NCBI GenBank assembly: GCA_031423255.1
Contig: JANPFD010000022.1
Location: 6,704-70,703, forward strand
DNA from: Myxococcales bacterium
Lineage (GTDB): Bacteria > Myxococcota_A > Polyangia > Fen-1088
Length of the DNA: 64,000 bases
Direction: 5' to 3'
Positions 20,018-30,007 of the stretch are shown here, one piece after another. The notes under the pieces were generated by a model. That model did not search any database. It was given only the letters and a program-made list of their open reading frames with translations, and had not been told where the DNA came from. Positions within the stretch are counted from its first letter, which is position 1. Every line of letters begins with the position of its first letter. A program made the position numbers and the translations under genes.

Positions 20018-20761
20018 CGGCGCTTCTCCACCTCGGCGAGGAATGCGGTCAGCAGCACCTCGGGATCGAGGAACCCGGGTGCGCCCGGGCTCATGAACTC
20101 GGGGTGCCACTGCACGCCGTAGGCAAACGCGCCGCCGTCGTGGCGTACGGCTTCGACGACCCCGTCGGGAACGGACCGCGCCTCGACGACCAGCCCCTTG
20201 CCCAGCTTGTTGAGGCACTGGTGGTGAACGCTGTTCACGCGGCCCCCGGCGGCATACCACTGGCCCAGCATTGCGCCTGGTTCAAATGCCACCTCGTGCT
20301 CGTGCTGGTCGTAGATCTCCCAGTTGCGGTGCATGCGCTTTTCGGGATGGAGCGTCTCGACGTCCTGGTAGAGCGTGCCTCCGAATGCGACATTCAGCAC
20401 CTGCGCGCCGCGACAGACGCCGAGCACCGGCTTGTTGCGGGCCATCGCCAGGCGAATCAACTCCATCTCGTAGATGTCGCGCGCGGGGTCGCCTTCCCAC
20501 TCGGGGCGCAGCGGCTCTTCGCCGTAATGCCGCGGGGACATGTCGGCTCCGCCCTGGAGCACCAGCCCATCGACGCCTTCGAGGAGATCGGCGGCATCCA
20601 GTTTGCCCGCCGCGCGAGGTAGCAGCACGGGCACCGCGCCGCCGGTCATCAGCCAATGAAGCATCGATTCTTCCGCGAACAGCAGCGTCTTGCCCTTGAA
20701 CAGCGGCCGTTTGGGATCCGCGTGGAGAAAACAGGCCGACACCCCGATGCGCGGGCGGATC
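20014..20761 (-). CDS. Gamma-glutamyl-gamma-aminobutyrate hydrolase family protein (peptidase C26 / class-I glutamine amidotransferase-like; PuuD-like)
   Basis: GVCRGAQVLNVAFGG (Cys nucleophile) and VQWHPE. GTG start ~20761 overlaps the ADH stop. Confidence 0.85.
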
Positions 20762-21923
20762 ACAGCGCCTGCTCGAAGATCCTCTGGAAGTCCGCCTTGG
20801 TGACCGGCTTCGGGTTGTTCGGGTGGCAGGCGTCGCCGACGGCGATGGCGACCAGGCGGTCGAGGTGCTCGCGCTTCACGCCCACCTCGCCCAGCGTTTT
20901 CGGGATGCCGATGGCGACTTTCAGCTCTTCCAGCCAGCGCACGAAGTCGGGCGTCCCGACGATCGCCGCCAGGTCGGCGAACTTCTCGGGCACCGCCGAC
21001 GCGTTGAACGCCATGGCGTACGGGATCATGATGCCGTTGGCGAGCCCGTGGTGCAGGTCGCACACCGTCGAGAGCGCGTGGGCGCACGAGTGCGTCACCC
21101 CGAGCCCTTTTTGGAAGGCGACGCCCCCCATCAGGGCTGCATTCAGCATCAGCCCGCGTGCTTCGCGGTGTGCCTCGTCGGTGAGCAACTCCTTGTCGCC
21201 CCTGTCGATGCGGCGCGCGTAGTCGACGCACTTACCGAGGTTGCGGGCGACGAGCCGCAGCCCGGACAGGGCGATCCCCTCGCACATCGGATGGAAGTCC
21301 TTGGCCAGGTACGCCTCGACCAGGTGGGTCAGCGCGTCCATGCCCGTCCCCGCGGTCACCGACGCCGGCAGGGCCATCGTCAGGTTCGGATCCACGAACA
21401 CCCGCTGCGCCAGGAGCCGCGGCGAGAAGATGATCTTCTTCACGTGCGTCTCGTCATCCGAGACCACGGTGCTGCGCCCGACCTCGCTGCCCGTCCCGGC
21501 CGTCGTGGGGATCGAGACGTAGTACGGCAGCTCCTTGTCGATCGGCCGCGCGTCGGGCTTGCCGTCCTCGTAGTCGAATAGATCGCCCGGGTGATGGGCC
21601 ATGAGAGCGATCGCCTTGGCCACATCGATGGCCGCGCCGCCGCCCAGGGCGACGACGGCATCGGCGCCGTGGTCCTTGAAGACGGCGACCCCGGCGGTCA
21701 CCTGCGACTTCACCGGGTTGCCCCACACGCCGGAGAACATCGCCACCGACAGTCCCGCAGCCTCCAGGATCTTCACGACGTCCCGGGCCGGCGGCAGGAG
21801 CGCCAGCGCCTTGTCGGTCACCACCAGCGGCTTTGCGCGGCCGGCGTCCTTCAGCGCGCCGGGTAAAAGGCCGATCGCGCCGGCACCGTACTGGATCCTC
21901 GTCGGGAAACTGAATTGAATCAT
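20760..21923 (-). CDS. Iron-containing (group III) alcohol dehydrogenase
   Basis: MIQFSFPTRIQYG..., GGGAAIDVAKAIA and metal-binding His-rich C-terminal half. Confidence 0.9.
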   Translation of the reverse strand: MIQFSFPTRIQYGAGAIGLLPGALKDAGRAKPLVVTDKALALLPPARDVVKILEAAGLSVAMFSGVWGNPVKSQVTAGVAVFKDHGADAVVALGGGAAIDVAKAIALMAHHPGDLFDYEDGKPDARPIDKELPYYVSIPTTAGTGSEVGRSTVVSDDETHVKKIIFSPRLLAQRVFVDPNLTMALPASVTAGTGMDALTHLVEAYLAKDFHPMCEGIALSGLRLVARNLGKCVDYARRIDRGDKELLTDEAHREARGLMLNAALMGGVAFQKGLGVTHSCAHALSTVCDLHHGLANGIMIPYAMAFNASAVPEKFADLAAIVGTPDFVRWLEELKVAIGIPKTLGEVGVKREHLDRLVAIAVGDACHPNNPKPVTKADFQRIFEQAL

Positions 21924-23290
21924 ATGATCTCGAAGTAGCGGGCCATCTCCCAGTTCGTGACCGCCTTGCTGAACTGCCGCCACTCCCAGTGACGGCTGGC
22001 GACGAAGTGCTCGACGAACGCCTCGCCGAACAGCTCGCGCGCCACCTGCGACTGTTCGAGCCGCACCGTGGCCTCGTGCAGGTTGCGCGGCAAGATCGGC
22101 GCGCTGGTGTCGGCATAGCCGCTGCCCGCGACCGGACCGCGCGGCAGCTCCAGCTTCTTCTCGATGCCGTAGAGGCCGCTGGCCAGCGCCGCGGCCATCG
22201 CCAGGTAGGGGTTGGTGTCCGAACCGTTGACCCGCGTCTCGAGCCGCGTCGACTTGGCGCTGCCGGGGATCACCCGCATGGCGGTGGTGCGGTTGTCGAT
22301 GCCGTAGTTCGCCCGGGTCGGAGCCCAGGCGCCCTCGACGAGGCGTTTGTAGCTGTTCACCGTCGGAGCGAAGAACGGCAGGATCTCCGGCAGGCACAGC
22401 ATCTGCCCGGCGAGGTAGCTCTTGAAGGTCGCGCTCATCTTGTGGGGATCGCGCTCGTCGAAGAACAGGTTCTTGGCGCCGCTCCTGTCCCACAGGCTCT
22501 GGTGGATGTGGCCGCTGCAACCGGGCAGGTCGGCGCTCCACTTGGCCATGAAGGTGGGCAGGATGCCGAAGCGGTGGCCGATCTCCTTGGCGCCAGTCTT
22601 GAAAAGGACGGCGCGGTCGGCGGCCTCGACAGGATGGTCGTAAAGGATCGCCGCCTCCAGGACGCCCGGGCCCGTCTCGGTGTGCAGTCCCTCGATCGGG
22701 ACACCGAAGGCGAGCATCTCGTCCATGAGCGCGTTCAAGAAAGGGCGGTTCTGGTTCATCCGCACCACCGAGTACCCGAACATGCCGGGCGTCAGCGGAG
22801 CAGGCTTGGCGTAGCCCTTGTCGGCCAGGCTCTGCGAGGTCTCACGGAAGTTGAACCACTCGTACTCCAGCGAGCTCAGCACCGAGAATCCGGCCGCGTC
22901 GAGGCGCGCCACCACCTTCTTGAGCAGCTGCCGGGGGCAGATCTCGAGCGGCGCGCCGCCCGCCCAGAAGTCGCCCAGCAGGAACGGGACCTTGTCGTCC
23001 CAGGGGACCTCTCGATAGGTCGATGTGTCCAGGCGCACTTCGGCGTCGGGGTAGCCGGTGTGCCAGCCGGTGTAGCGGGCGTTGTCGTAAACGACGTCGG
23101 CCGAGTCCCAGCCGAACACCACGTTGCAGAACCCGAGCCCGCCGTCCAGGCCCGACAGGAACTTGTCCTTGTGGATGTACTTGCCGCGCAGGACACCGTC
23201 GATGTCGGTGACCGCCACCTTCACCTTGGCGGCGCCGGCCTTCTCGACCCGCTCGACGATCTCCTTGCCGGTGAGGGCGGCCTTGCGCAT
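21920..23290 (-). CDS. Glutamine synthetase-family gamma-glutamyl-amine ligase (PuuA / gamma-glutamylpolyamine synthetase-like, GS catalytic domain)
   Basis: GS-I-like catalytic region (...HTETGPGVLEAA..., NPYLAMAAALASGLYGI), ~456 aa. First gene of an overlapping four-gene operon. Confidence 0.85.
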   Translation of the reverse strand: MRKAALTGKEIVERVEKAGAAKVKVAVTDIDGVLRGKYIHKDKFLSGLDGGLGFCNVVFGWDSADVVYDNARYTGWHTGYPDAEVRLDTSTYREVPWDDKVPFLLGDFWAGGAPLEICPRQLLKKVVARLDAAGFSVLSSLEYEWFNFRETSQSLADKGYAKPAPLTPGMFGYSVVRMNQNRPFLNALMDEMLAFGVPIEGLHTETGPGVLEAAILYDHPVEAADRAVLFKTGAKEIGHRFGILPTFMAKWSADLPGCSGHIHQSLWDRSGAKNLFFDERDPHKMSATFKSYLAGQMLCLPEILPFFAPTVNSYKRLVEGAWAPTRANYGIDNRTTAMRVIPGSAKSTRLETRVNGSDTNPYLAMAAALASGLYGIEKKLELPRGPVAGSGYADTSAPILPRNLHEATVRLEQSQVARELFGEAFVEHFVASRHWEWRQFSKAVTNWEMARYFEII

Positions 23291-23334
23291 GCACGTCGAG
23301 TATCGGTCCACCCGACGAGGGGTGCAAGGCGGGG

Positions 23335-24822
23335 TCAGCGCAGGTTCAGGCGGGCGCGCGTCGCCCAGAAGTTCCCGGTGTCGGCGATCTCGCCCAGGCC
23401 CGGGGCGGCGCGGGTGTCGATTCCCAGCGCGTCGCCCAGCGTGACCCAGAGTGAATCGATCTTCTGGCCGGCGTACACCGTTCCGGGCAGGCCGCTGCGC
23501 CCGAACAGCTCGGGCGATCCGGCATGGCCGGAGGTGCCGCCCGAGACGCGCAGGTGGCGTCCCGGTGTGATGATGCCGCCGCCACGTCCGGCCACGACGA
23601 TCGGCAGATCATGCACGTCGTGGGTGGCTCCGTGAGACATGGAGCCGGTGTAGACGGCCATGCAATTGTCCAGCAACGTGCCGCCGCCTTCGCCCGGGAG
23701 CGCCTTCAGCTTGCCCACCACACGGGCGTAGCGCTGGGTGTTCCACTCCTCGATGCAGCGCAGAGCGAGGATGCGCTCCTCGGCGGTGGCGGGGCTGTTC
23801 GGCGCCTCGCCGTCGACGGTGCCCTGGCTGTAGTGCGAAAGACCGTTGTGGTATTCGTGCGACCCCAGCACGAACTTCAGCCGGTCGCGCCTGGCAGCGT
23901 CGAGTGGCGTGCCGTCGCCGAGCGTCGCCGGTGGGGTGATGAAGCCGTACTTCATGCGCACCGTCTCGATGTCCGACTGCCAGGTGACCAGGCGGGTGAG
24001 ATCGCACTGGAACGCCAGCACCACCAGGTCGCCGATGAGATCCATCTGCTTCTCGAGGCTGCTGCCCGCCGGATAGGCGAAGGCGGCCTCCTGGTTCTTG
24101 CCACAGGTCGACGGCGGCAAGGCCAGCTGGCGCTGCACCTCCGTCAGACTCTGGAGGTATTCCGCCAGGCGCGCCTGATCCTCGCGGCCAAGCCGGGTGT
24201 TCAGGGACTTCGCCTGCGGCAGCACGAAATCCACCAGACCCTTGCGGTGGCGGATGGCGCGCGCAGCGGCTTCCATCGCCGCCGGGTCGGAGGCGCCGAA
24301 CAGGTCCAGGTACATCGCGTGCGGATCGGGGTTCTGGGGAGTGACGATGTAGTTCGTCGTCGAGGTCCAGGACATGAACATCTTCGACGCCTGGCCGTTG
24401 AGCGTCCGCCGTGTGCTCAGCTCGAGGGACTTGCGCCGTAGGCCCAGCTTGCGCAGGCGCGAGGAGAGGAACTGATCGTACGAAGGGCGGGCGACGATCT
24501 TGTCTTGCGACGTCGGACCGCCAGTCAGCATCTCGGCCTGGGGAGAGTGCGCGTCCTGCCCGGATGCTCGGTCGTGGTTGTCGATGCCCGACAGCACCAG
24601 GAGGTCCGATTTGTACGGATCGAGCGAACGGAGCGTCGGCGCGAGCGAGAACGGCATCTCCGGCACCGACGAGACCATCGATCGGCGGTAAAAGCCGTTC
24701 GGCGTGTTGAAGATCAAGAGCCGCACCGGACGGGCCTGGGCGCGTGCCTCCATGACTTCGAGGAACGGCAGCGCCAGGGACAGGCCGCCGCCGCGGAGCA
24801 TCGTCCGGCGTGAGAGCTTCAT
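23335..24822 (-). CDS. DUF1552 family protein with twin-arginine (Tat) signal - module A partner
   Basis: MKLSRRTMLRGGGLSLALPFL Tat motif. Conserved FQCDLTRLVT and C-terminal HDVHDLPIVVAGRGGG shared with three paralogs in this window. ATG 24822 overlaps the upstream stop. Confidence 0.85.
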   Translation of the reverse strand: MKLSRRTMLRGGGLSLALPFLEVMEARAQARPVRLLIFNTPNGFYRRSMVSSVPEMPFSLAPTLRSLDPYKSDLLVLSGIDNHDRASGQDAHSPQAEMLTGGPTSQDKIVARPSYDQFLSSRLRKLGLRRKSLELSTRRTLNGQASKMFMSWTSTTNYIVTPQNPDPHAMYLDLFGASDPAAMEAAARAIRHRKGLVDFVLPQAKSLNTRLGREDQARLAEYLQSLTEVQRQLALPPSTCGKNQEAAFAYPAGSSLEKQMDLIGDLVVLAFQCDLTRLVTWQSDIETVRMKYGFITPPATLGDGTPLDAARRDRLKFVLGSHEYHNGLSHYSQGTVDGEAPNSPATAEERILALRCIEEWNTQRYARVVGKLKALPGEGGGTLLDNCMAVYTGSMSHGATHDVHDLPIVVAGRGGGIITPGRHLRVSGGTSGHAGSPELFGRSGLPGTVYAGQKIDSLWVTLGDALGIDTRAAPGLGEIADTGNFWATRARLNLR

Positions 24823-26822
24823 GGCGTCCCTCCCCGGCGGGAGCGGAAGCTGCGGCCCGTCACCACCCGCCGCACCAGTTCCTTGAACGGGACGCGGTTG
24901 GCATCGGCAGACACCTGGTGCACGCCGCAGGCCTCCTGACCCGGGACCTGACGCCCGAGCGCGTAGACCATCAGACGTCGGCTGGCGCAGTTTCCGAGCG
25001 CCTGCTTGCCGGCCAGCACCTTCGCCAGCTGGGTGTGGTCCCTGAACGTCTCGCCCGTCGGCAGGTAGCCGCTGGCGTCCACCGGATTGCGCTTTGGCCC
25101 CTCGACGGTGCGGTATTTGCCCTGCGGACCGAAGTGCTCGAGACCGAAGCCGATCGGCTCCATGTTGGCGTGGCAGGAGATGCAGGTGCCCTGAGCGTGC
25201 ATCAACATCTGTTCTTTCTTTGGCAGGTCGAGGTTCCGGACCTTGTCGATGAGGGATTCCACCTCGGGCGGCGGCGGCGGTGGCGCCGAGCAGAGCAGGT
25301 TGTCGAGCACGTAGTGGCCGCGGATGACGGGCGCGGTCTCGATGTCGGGCGAGGACAGGGTGAGGAAGGCGGCCTGGGTCAGGATGCCGCCGACGCGCGC
25401 CGTACCCGCCGTCGGGACCTTGGCGAAAGCGGGGTCGCCCGCCGGCAGGCCGTAGTGCGTCCGCAGGGCGGCATCGACGAAGGTGAAGTCGGCGTCGACG
25501 AGGCGTGCGACCGGAAGCTGTGGGTTCGACAGAAGCTCCTGCATGAACAGCTCTGTCTCCTTCGCCATGCTGGTCCGCAGCGCCGGTGCGACCGTGTCCT
25601 CGTTGTCCAGCTCGCCGAGCCGCAGCCACTCGCGCGCGAATCCGCGCAGAAGCGCGCTCCGGCGCGGGCTGGCGTAGAGCCGGTCGAATTGAGCGGTCAG
25701 CACCTGCGCGTTTTTCAGCTGGCCCATGCCTGCCAGCCGGAACAGCTCGTCGTCGGGCATCGAGCTCCAGAGGAAGTAAGAGAGGCGCGTCGCCAGTTCG
25801 TGGTCGCCGAGGGCGCGTACCCCGGTGGCACCCGCGGGATCCAGCTCCACCTGGTACAGGAAGCTCGGCGTCAGCAGCACCGACTGGAACACCAGCTTCA
25901 TCCGCTCCTCGAAGATGGTGCCGAGAACGGTCTTGTCGTACTGGCCGAGCATCTCGGTCACCTCGGTAGCCGTGGCCGGCCGGCGGTAGGCACGCGGCAG
26001 GAAGCGCTCGAGGATCTCCTGCGCGCAGGCGCGCTCGTTGCCGGCAATCGGGCGCGAGCAGGCCATGGTCCTGGCGTAGGCGGCGTTGGTGGCGGCGCCG
26101 GCGAAGAAGGTGTCGACCGCGCGGATGCTGCCGTCGATCAACCCCTTGGTCAGCGTGTCGTTGATGAGATTCGAGGCCTCGTCGACGCGGGTGAAAGAAT
26201 AGGCGGTGGTCTCCGCGGGCAGCGCGGCGGCAGAGTTGAAGGTGTCGGGCAGGCCGAGCAGATCGCGTACGGTGTTGGCGTATTCGGTGCGCGTCAGGCG
26301 GCGCAGACCGTTCCAGGCGACGTCCGGCTCGCCGGGCAAGGAGTAGATCCACTCGCGGACGATGCGCAGCTCGTCGTTGGTCATGCGCGTGCCCGACGGC
26401 GGCATCTCCAGCGCCATGATCCGCTCGTCCATCCGGACCAGGCGGTCCATCTGTGCGCGCGCCGTGGCCTCATTTGCCAGGAGCTTGTCCATGGCGAACT
26501 TCCCGGACGGCGCCACACCCGAATGGCAGGTCACGCAATTGCGCACGAGGATCGGTTTGACCTGCTGCTCGAAGCTGATGGAGCTGTTGTCGACGCACAG
26601 CTTGGCCGGGACGAGCGTCGGGTTGCTCACCGGGTCGTTCGGGGGCGGAGGCATCCCGGGGCCCGGAGGGTTGAGGGGATTCAGCGGGTTCAGAGGATCG
26701 ACGGGCGGCGTCCCGTCGCTGTCGCCCGGGTCGCCTCCGATGTCGCCCACGCATGACGCAAGGATCGCTGCCAACCCCAAACAACAAAGATGGCGCACGG
26801 GCACGAGGCTCTCGTAAGGCAA
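24819..26822 (-). CDS. DUF1592/DUF1588/DUF1587/DUF1585-family protein with N-terminal CxxCH (Planctomycete cytochrome-c-like, PSCyt) - module A
   Basis: Lipoprotein-like N-terminus. CVTCHSG near the N-terminus, C-terminal CISCHANMEPIGFGLEHFG. Family hallmark ...TRTEYANTVRDLLG... and ...AYRRPATATEV.... Confidence 0.85.
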   Translation of the reverse strand: MPYESLVPVRHLCCLGLAAILASCVGDIGGDPGDSDGTPPVDPLNPLNPLNPPGPGMPPPPNDPVSNPTLVPAKLCVDNSSISFEQQVKPILVRNCVTCHSGVAPSGKFAMDKLLANEATARAQMDRLVRMDERIMALEMPPSGTRMTNDELRIVREWIYSLPGEPDVAWNGLRRLTRTEYANTVRDLLGLPDTFNSAAALPAETTAYSFTRVDEASNLINDTLTKGLIDGSIRAVDTFFAGAATNAAYARTMACSRPIAGNERACAQEILERFLPRAYRRPATATEVTEMLGQYDKTVLGTIFEERMKLVFQSVLLTPSFLYQVELDPAGATGVRALGDHELATRLSYFLWSSMPDDELFRLAGMGQLKNAQVLTAQFDRLYASPRRSALLRGFAREWLRLGELDNEDTVAPALRTSMAKETELFMQELLSNPQLPVARLVDADFTFVDAALRTHYGLPAGDPAFAKVPTAGTARVGGILTQAAFLTLSSPDIETAPVIRGHYVLDNLLCSAPPPPPPEVESLIDKVRNLDLPKKEQMLMHAQGTCISCHANMEPIGFGLEHFGPQGKYRTVEGPKRNPVDASGYLPTGETFRDHTQLAKVLAGKQALGNCASRRLMVYALGRQVPGQEACGVHQVSADANRVPFKELVRRVVTGRSFRSRRGGTP

Positions 26823-26926
26823 TCGGCATGCCCGGGAAGAGCCTGGAGATGTCGCGGATCTACCAGTGACGCCGGGATGATCGCGCCGGGCGCATGCGAT
26901 CTGGTGGATCGCACCCCGTCACCTTC

Positions 26927-27978
26927 TCAGGGAGGGGGCAGAAGCACCCGGAGGTCGGGCGGCATGTCCTTGCCGTCGCGGAGATCGCCCCAGAACACCA
27001 TCCGCCCGTCCATGGTGACTGCCACCGCCGACATGTAGTTCATGAGGACGAACCGCGCCCGCAGCCCGGCTGGCGGGCGCGCGCTGCCTCCGGCGCCCCA
27101 GCAGGTGATGCCATCATCCATCCTGACCGCGCAGGTGGCCGTGTTTCCCGTGGCGATCTCGCGTCCCTTGAGGCCCGCGGGAACGTTGATGGCGCTGCTG
27201 GCCGCGCCCCAGCAGACGACGCTGTCGTCGAGTGTGATCGCGCAAGCGTGGGAGTTGGTGCCGTCGTAGAGGCCACCGACGGCGATCCGCTTCGCCTTCA
27301 GATCGGCGGGTGGGGCCGGCGCCCCGGGGCCCCAGCAGACGACGCGGTCGTCGCTGGCGATCGCGCAGTCGAAGACGAGAGAGGCGATGCGTTTGGCCTG
27401 CAGACCGGCGGGCGGCGTGTGGCCTGCCTCGCCCCAGCAGGTGACACTCCCGGCGCGGCCCAGCGCGCAGGCGTGGACGTTCCCCGAGGTCAGCGCCACC
27501 GGATCGACCACCCGGGGAGGCCGGATCGTACCCATGAAGGCGCCCCAGCAGCGGATAGCCTGATCGGCTGCCGGTGGCTCCTTCAGGATGGAACAGGCGC
27601 CCGTGTGGTGCCCCGTGAGCGCCACTGCGTTCAAGTTCGCCGGGGCCTGATGCCGGGCCCCGCCGTTCGCGACCCCCGCTACCCGTCCGAAGCAAGTGAC
27701 CAGGGACGCGGTGTCCGCGACGCAGACCGCGAATGGACCCAGGCCGATGCTCTGGAACTGAGTGGTCGACGTGCTCGGCGGCGACTCGGGGCGATTGCCG
27801 TCGACGGGAGCCGGCGGGCGGTCGGCGCCGTCACGCCCTGCGCCCGCGCGATCCTGACCGGCGTCGTCGACAGGATCGTCCGCCGAGGCATCCGGCTCGG
27901 CGGGAGACGGGGGATCGGTCGCCCCGTTCGTGGCGCTGCAGCCCGCGATCACCAGGAGAGCCAGCAGCCCGCGCACGC
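26927..27978 (-). CDS. Lipoprotein with RCC1-like (regulator of chromosome condensation) beta-propeller repeats
   Basis: GTG start 27978, 12 bp after the kinase stop. LLALLVIAGCS lipobox. Repeated ...HACA/TCA...DG.V.CWG... units (VTCWG, VVCWG, ITCWG). Confidence 0.6.
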
Positions 27979-27989
27979 CTTCCAGGATA

Positions 27990-29984
27990 CTACTTCGCCA
28001 GCTTGAACACGCCGCTGGATTCGCTGCCCGTCCAGTAGAGAGCCCGGGCATCGACGACCACGCGGATCGGACCCCGCGTGTGGCCCACGGGCAGGTTGAC
28101 GACCTGGCCGCCGCGGCGGCTGACCCTGCTGACGGTGTGTCCCGAACGGCTCGCGAAGTAGATCCAGTCGCTGTCCAGCGCGATGCCGAGCGCCGTGTAC
28201 TGTCCGCGCGCCAGTTCGGTCGGTGGCGACAGCGGAGCGGCGCTCTTGGCGAGCATGTTGATGGTACCACCGTTGAACGTGGTCCAGAAGATCGCTTCCC
28301 GATCGACGGCGATCCCCGAGGGCCGCGATTGATTGGTCGCCAGCACCACGAACCGACCGAGGGGTTCGCGCTTGGACCATCGGCGCACCGTGCCCGCGGT
28401 GCCTCCTTGGCGCTCGGTCCAGTAGACGTTCTCGTCGTCGACGGCGATGGCGCCGGCGTCGGCGCCTGTGGCGATCGTCTCCAGCGATGTTCCGTCCTTG
28501 GTCACGCGCTTGACCGTGCCGTCGGTGCTGCTGCCGAAATAGACGTGGGTGGCGTCGGCTGCGATCTCCCAGGGTTGCGCCTGGTCGCTCACCAGCACGC
28601 GTTGCGCGCCGCCGGACTTGGAGGCGCTCACCACGCGGCCCCTTCCCCACTCGGTCCAGTAGACGTTCGTGTCGTCGAGCGCCAGGAATCTCGGGTCGCC
28701 TTCACCGCCGGAGACTTGCAACCGCGTCTTCGGGTCGCCGTTCTTGGCGATCTTCACCACCGTCTTGGCGCGCAGGTTGGTCCAGTAGACGTGGGCCTCG
28801 TCGACGGCGATGCCGTAAGGGGAACCCTGGTTGGCGGCCAGGAGGATGGGCTGGCACTGTCCACCGACGCAGGCACCTCCCAGGCAAGAGTGGTTGCAGG
28901 CGCCGCAGTGATCGGCGGCGGTCTGCAGGTCCGCCCCGCAGGGTGGAGGCGCCGGCCGCAAGGCGCGCCATCCCGTGAAGGTGGCCATCAGAGCGACGGC
29001 GCCGATCAGCAGGGGCGCTCGCCGGCGGGCGCGCGCCTTCACGCGCAACTCCGCCACGCGCATGCGGCGCTGCTCCAGCGCGGGCGCGGCAAGGTCGGCG
29101 ACGTACTCGGCCACGGCCGAGGGGTCGGCGAGCGGACCGGTCTCGGCGATGCGCCGCCGCAGCTCTTCCGCGGTGGGGCAGCGTGCGTCGACATCCTGGA
29201 TCAGCGCCGAGGCGACCGCCTCCGCGAGGGGCTTCGGTAGCGACGGATCGACGGTGCTCAACAACGGTGGCTTCTCGGTCACGACGCGCAGACCCGTGGC
29301 GATCTCCTCGTCGCCCTCGAACAGCCGCCGGCCGGCGAACACCTCCCAGGCGACGGCGCCAGCGGACCAGACGTCGGCGCGTCGATCCAGGGGAAGGCCG
29401 CGCGCTTGCTCGGGCGACATGTACGCCACCTTGCCCTTGACCGTCCCGGTGCGCGTGACCGTCAACCGGCTCGCCGCCTTGGCGATACCGAAGTCGGTCA
29501 GTCGGCAGACGCCATCGATGCCGACCAGCAGGTTCTGCGGCGAGAAATCCCGGTGCACCACACCCAGCGCGAAGCCGCGATCGTCCTTCAGCTCGTGAGC
29601 GGCGTGGAGTCCGGCCAGGCCGTCGCACAGGATCCGGCGGCCGATGTCCGGCGGGATCTTGCCGCCCGCGGCGGCGAGCAAGCCGGCCAGGCTGTCCCCC
29701 TCGATGTACTCCATGGCCAGGAAGACGCCGGCGGCCTCGTCTCCCACGTCGAGGATCGGCACCACGTTCGGATGGCGGATGCGCGCGGCGAGCTTCGCCT
29801 CCTCGATGAGGTCGGTGATCCATTCCCCCGACTCGCGCAGGTGCGGATGCACCAGCTTCAGGGCCACGTCGCGCTGGAAGCCCGCCGGCCCCGACTGCCG
29901 CGCCAGGTAGACGGTGGCCATGCCGCCCGTCGCGATCGGCAAGAGCAGCTGGTAACGACCGATCCGCTGCGGCACCTCGGGCAA
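27990..29984 (-). CDS. Eukaryotic-like Ser/Thr protein kinase with TM segment, Cys-rich module and extracytoplasmic 7-repeat YWTD (LDL-receptor class B-like) beta-propeller
   Basis: Kinase motifs HRDFSPQN, DFGIAK, YMSPE. TM LLIGAVALMATF. Cys-rich stretch CGADLQTAADHCGACNHSCLGGACVGGQC. Seven ~43-aa repeats ending VYWTN, VYWTE, VYFGS, VYWTE, IFWTT, IYFAS, LYWTG. Confidence 0.8.
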   Translation of the reverse strand: MPEVPQRIGRYQLLLPIATGGMATVYLARQSGPAGFQRDVALKLVHPHLRESGEWITDLIEEAKLAARIRHPNVVPILDVGDEAAGVFLAMEYIEGDSLAGLLAAAGGKIPPDIGRRILCDGLAGLHAAHELKDDRGFALGVVHRDFSPQNLLVGIDGVCRLTDFGIAKAASRLTVTRTGTVKGKVAYMSPEQARGLPLDRRADVWSAGAVAWEVFAGRRLFEGDEEIATGLRVVTEKPPLLSTVDPSLPKPLAEAVASALIQDVDARCPTAEELRRRIAETGPLADPSAVAEYVADLAAPALEQRRMRVAELRVKARARRRAPLLIGAVALMATFTGWRALRPAPPPCGADLQTAADHCGACNHSCLGGACVGGQCQPILLAANQGSPYGIAVDEAHVYWTNLRAKTVVKIAKNGDPKTRLQVSGGEGDPRFLALDDTNVYWTEWGRGRVVSASKSGGAQRVLVSDQAQPWEIAADATHVYFGSSTDGTVKRVTKDGTSLETIATGADAGAIAVDDENVYWTERQGGTAGTVRRWSKREPLGRFVVLATNQSRPSGIAVDREAIFWTTFNGGTINMLAKSAAPLSPPTELARGQYTALGIALDSDWIYFASRSGHTVSRVSRRGGQVVNLPVGHTRGPIRVVVDARALYWTGSESSGVFKLAK

Positions 29985-30007
29985 TCCTATATGATCGAAG
30001 GTTCACG

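Noticed and set aside
24810-26756. 648-aa plus-strand ORF
   Set aside because: It is antisense to DUF1592-family gene A. No motifs. High-GC shadow ORF.
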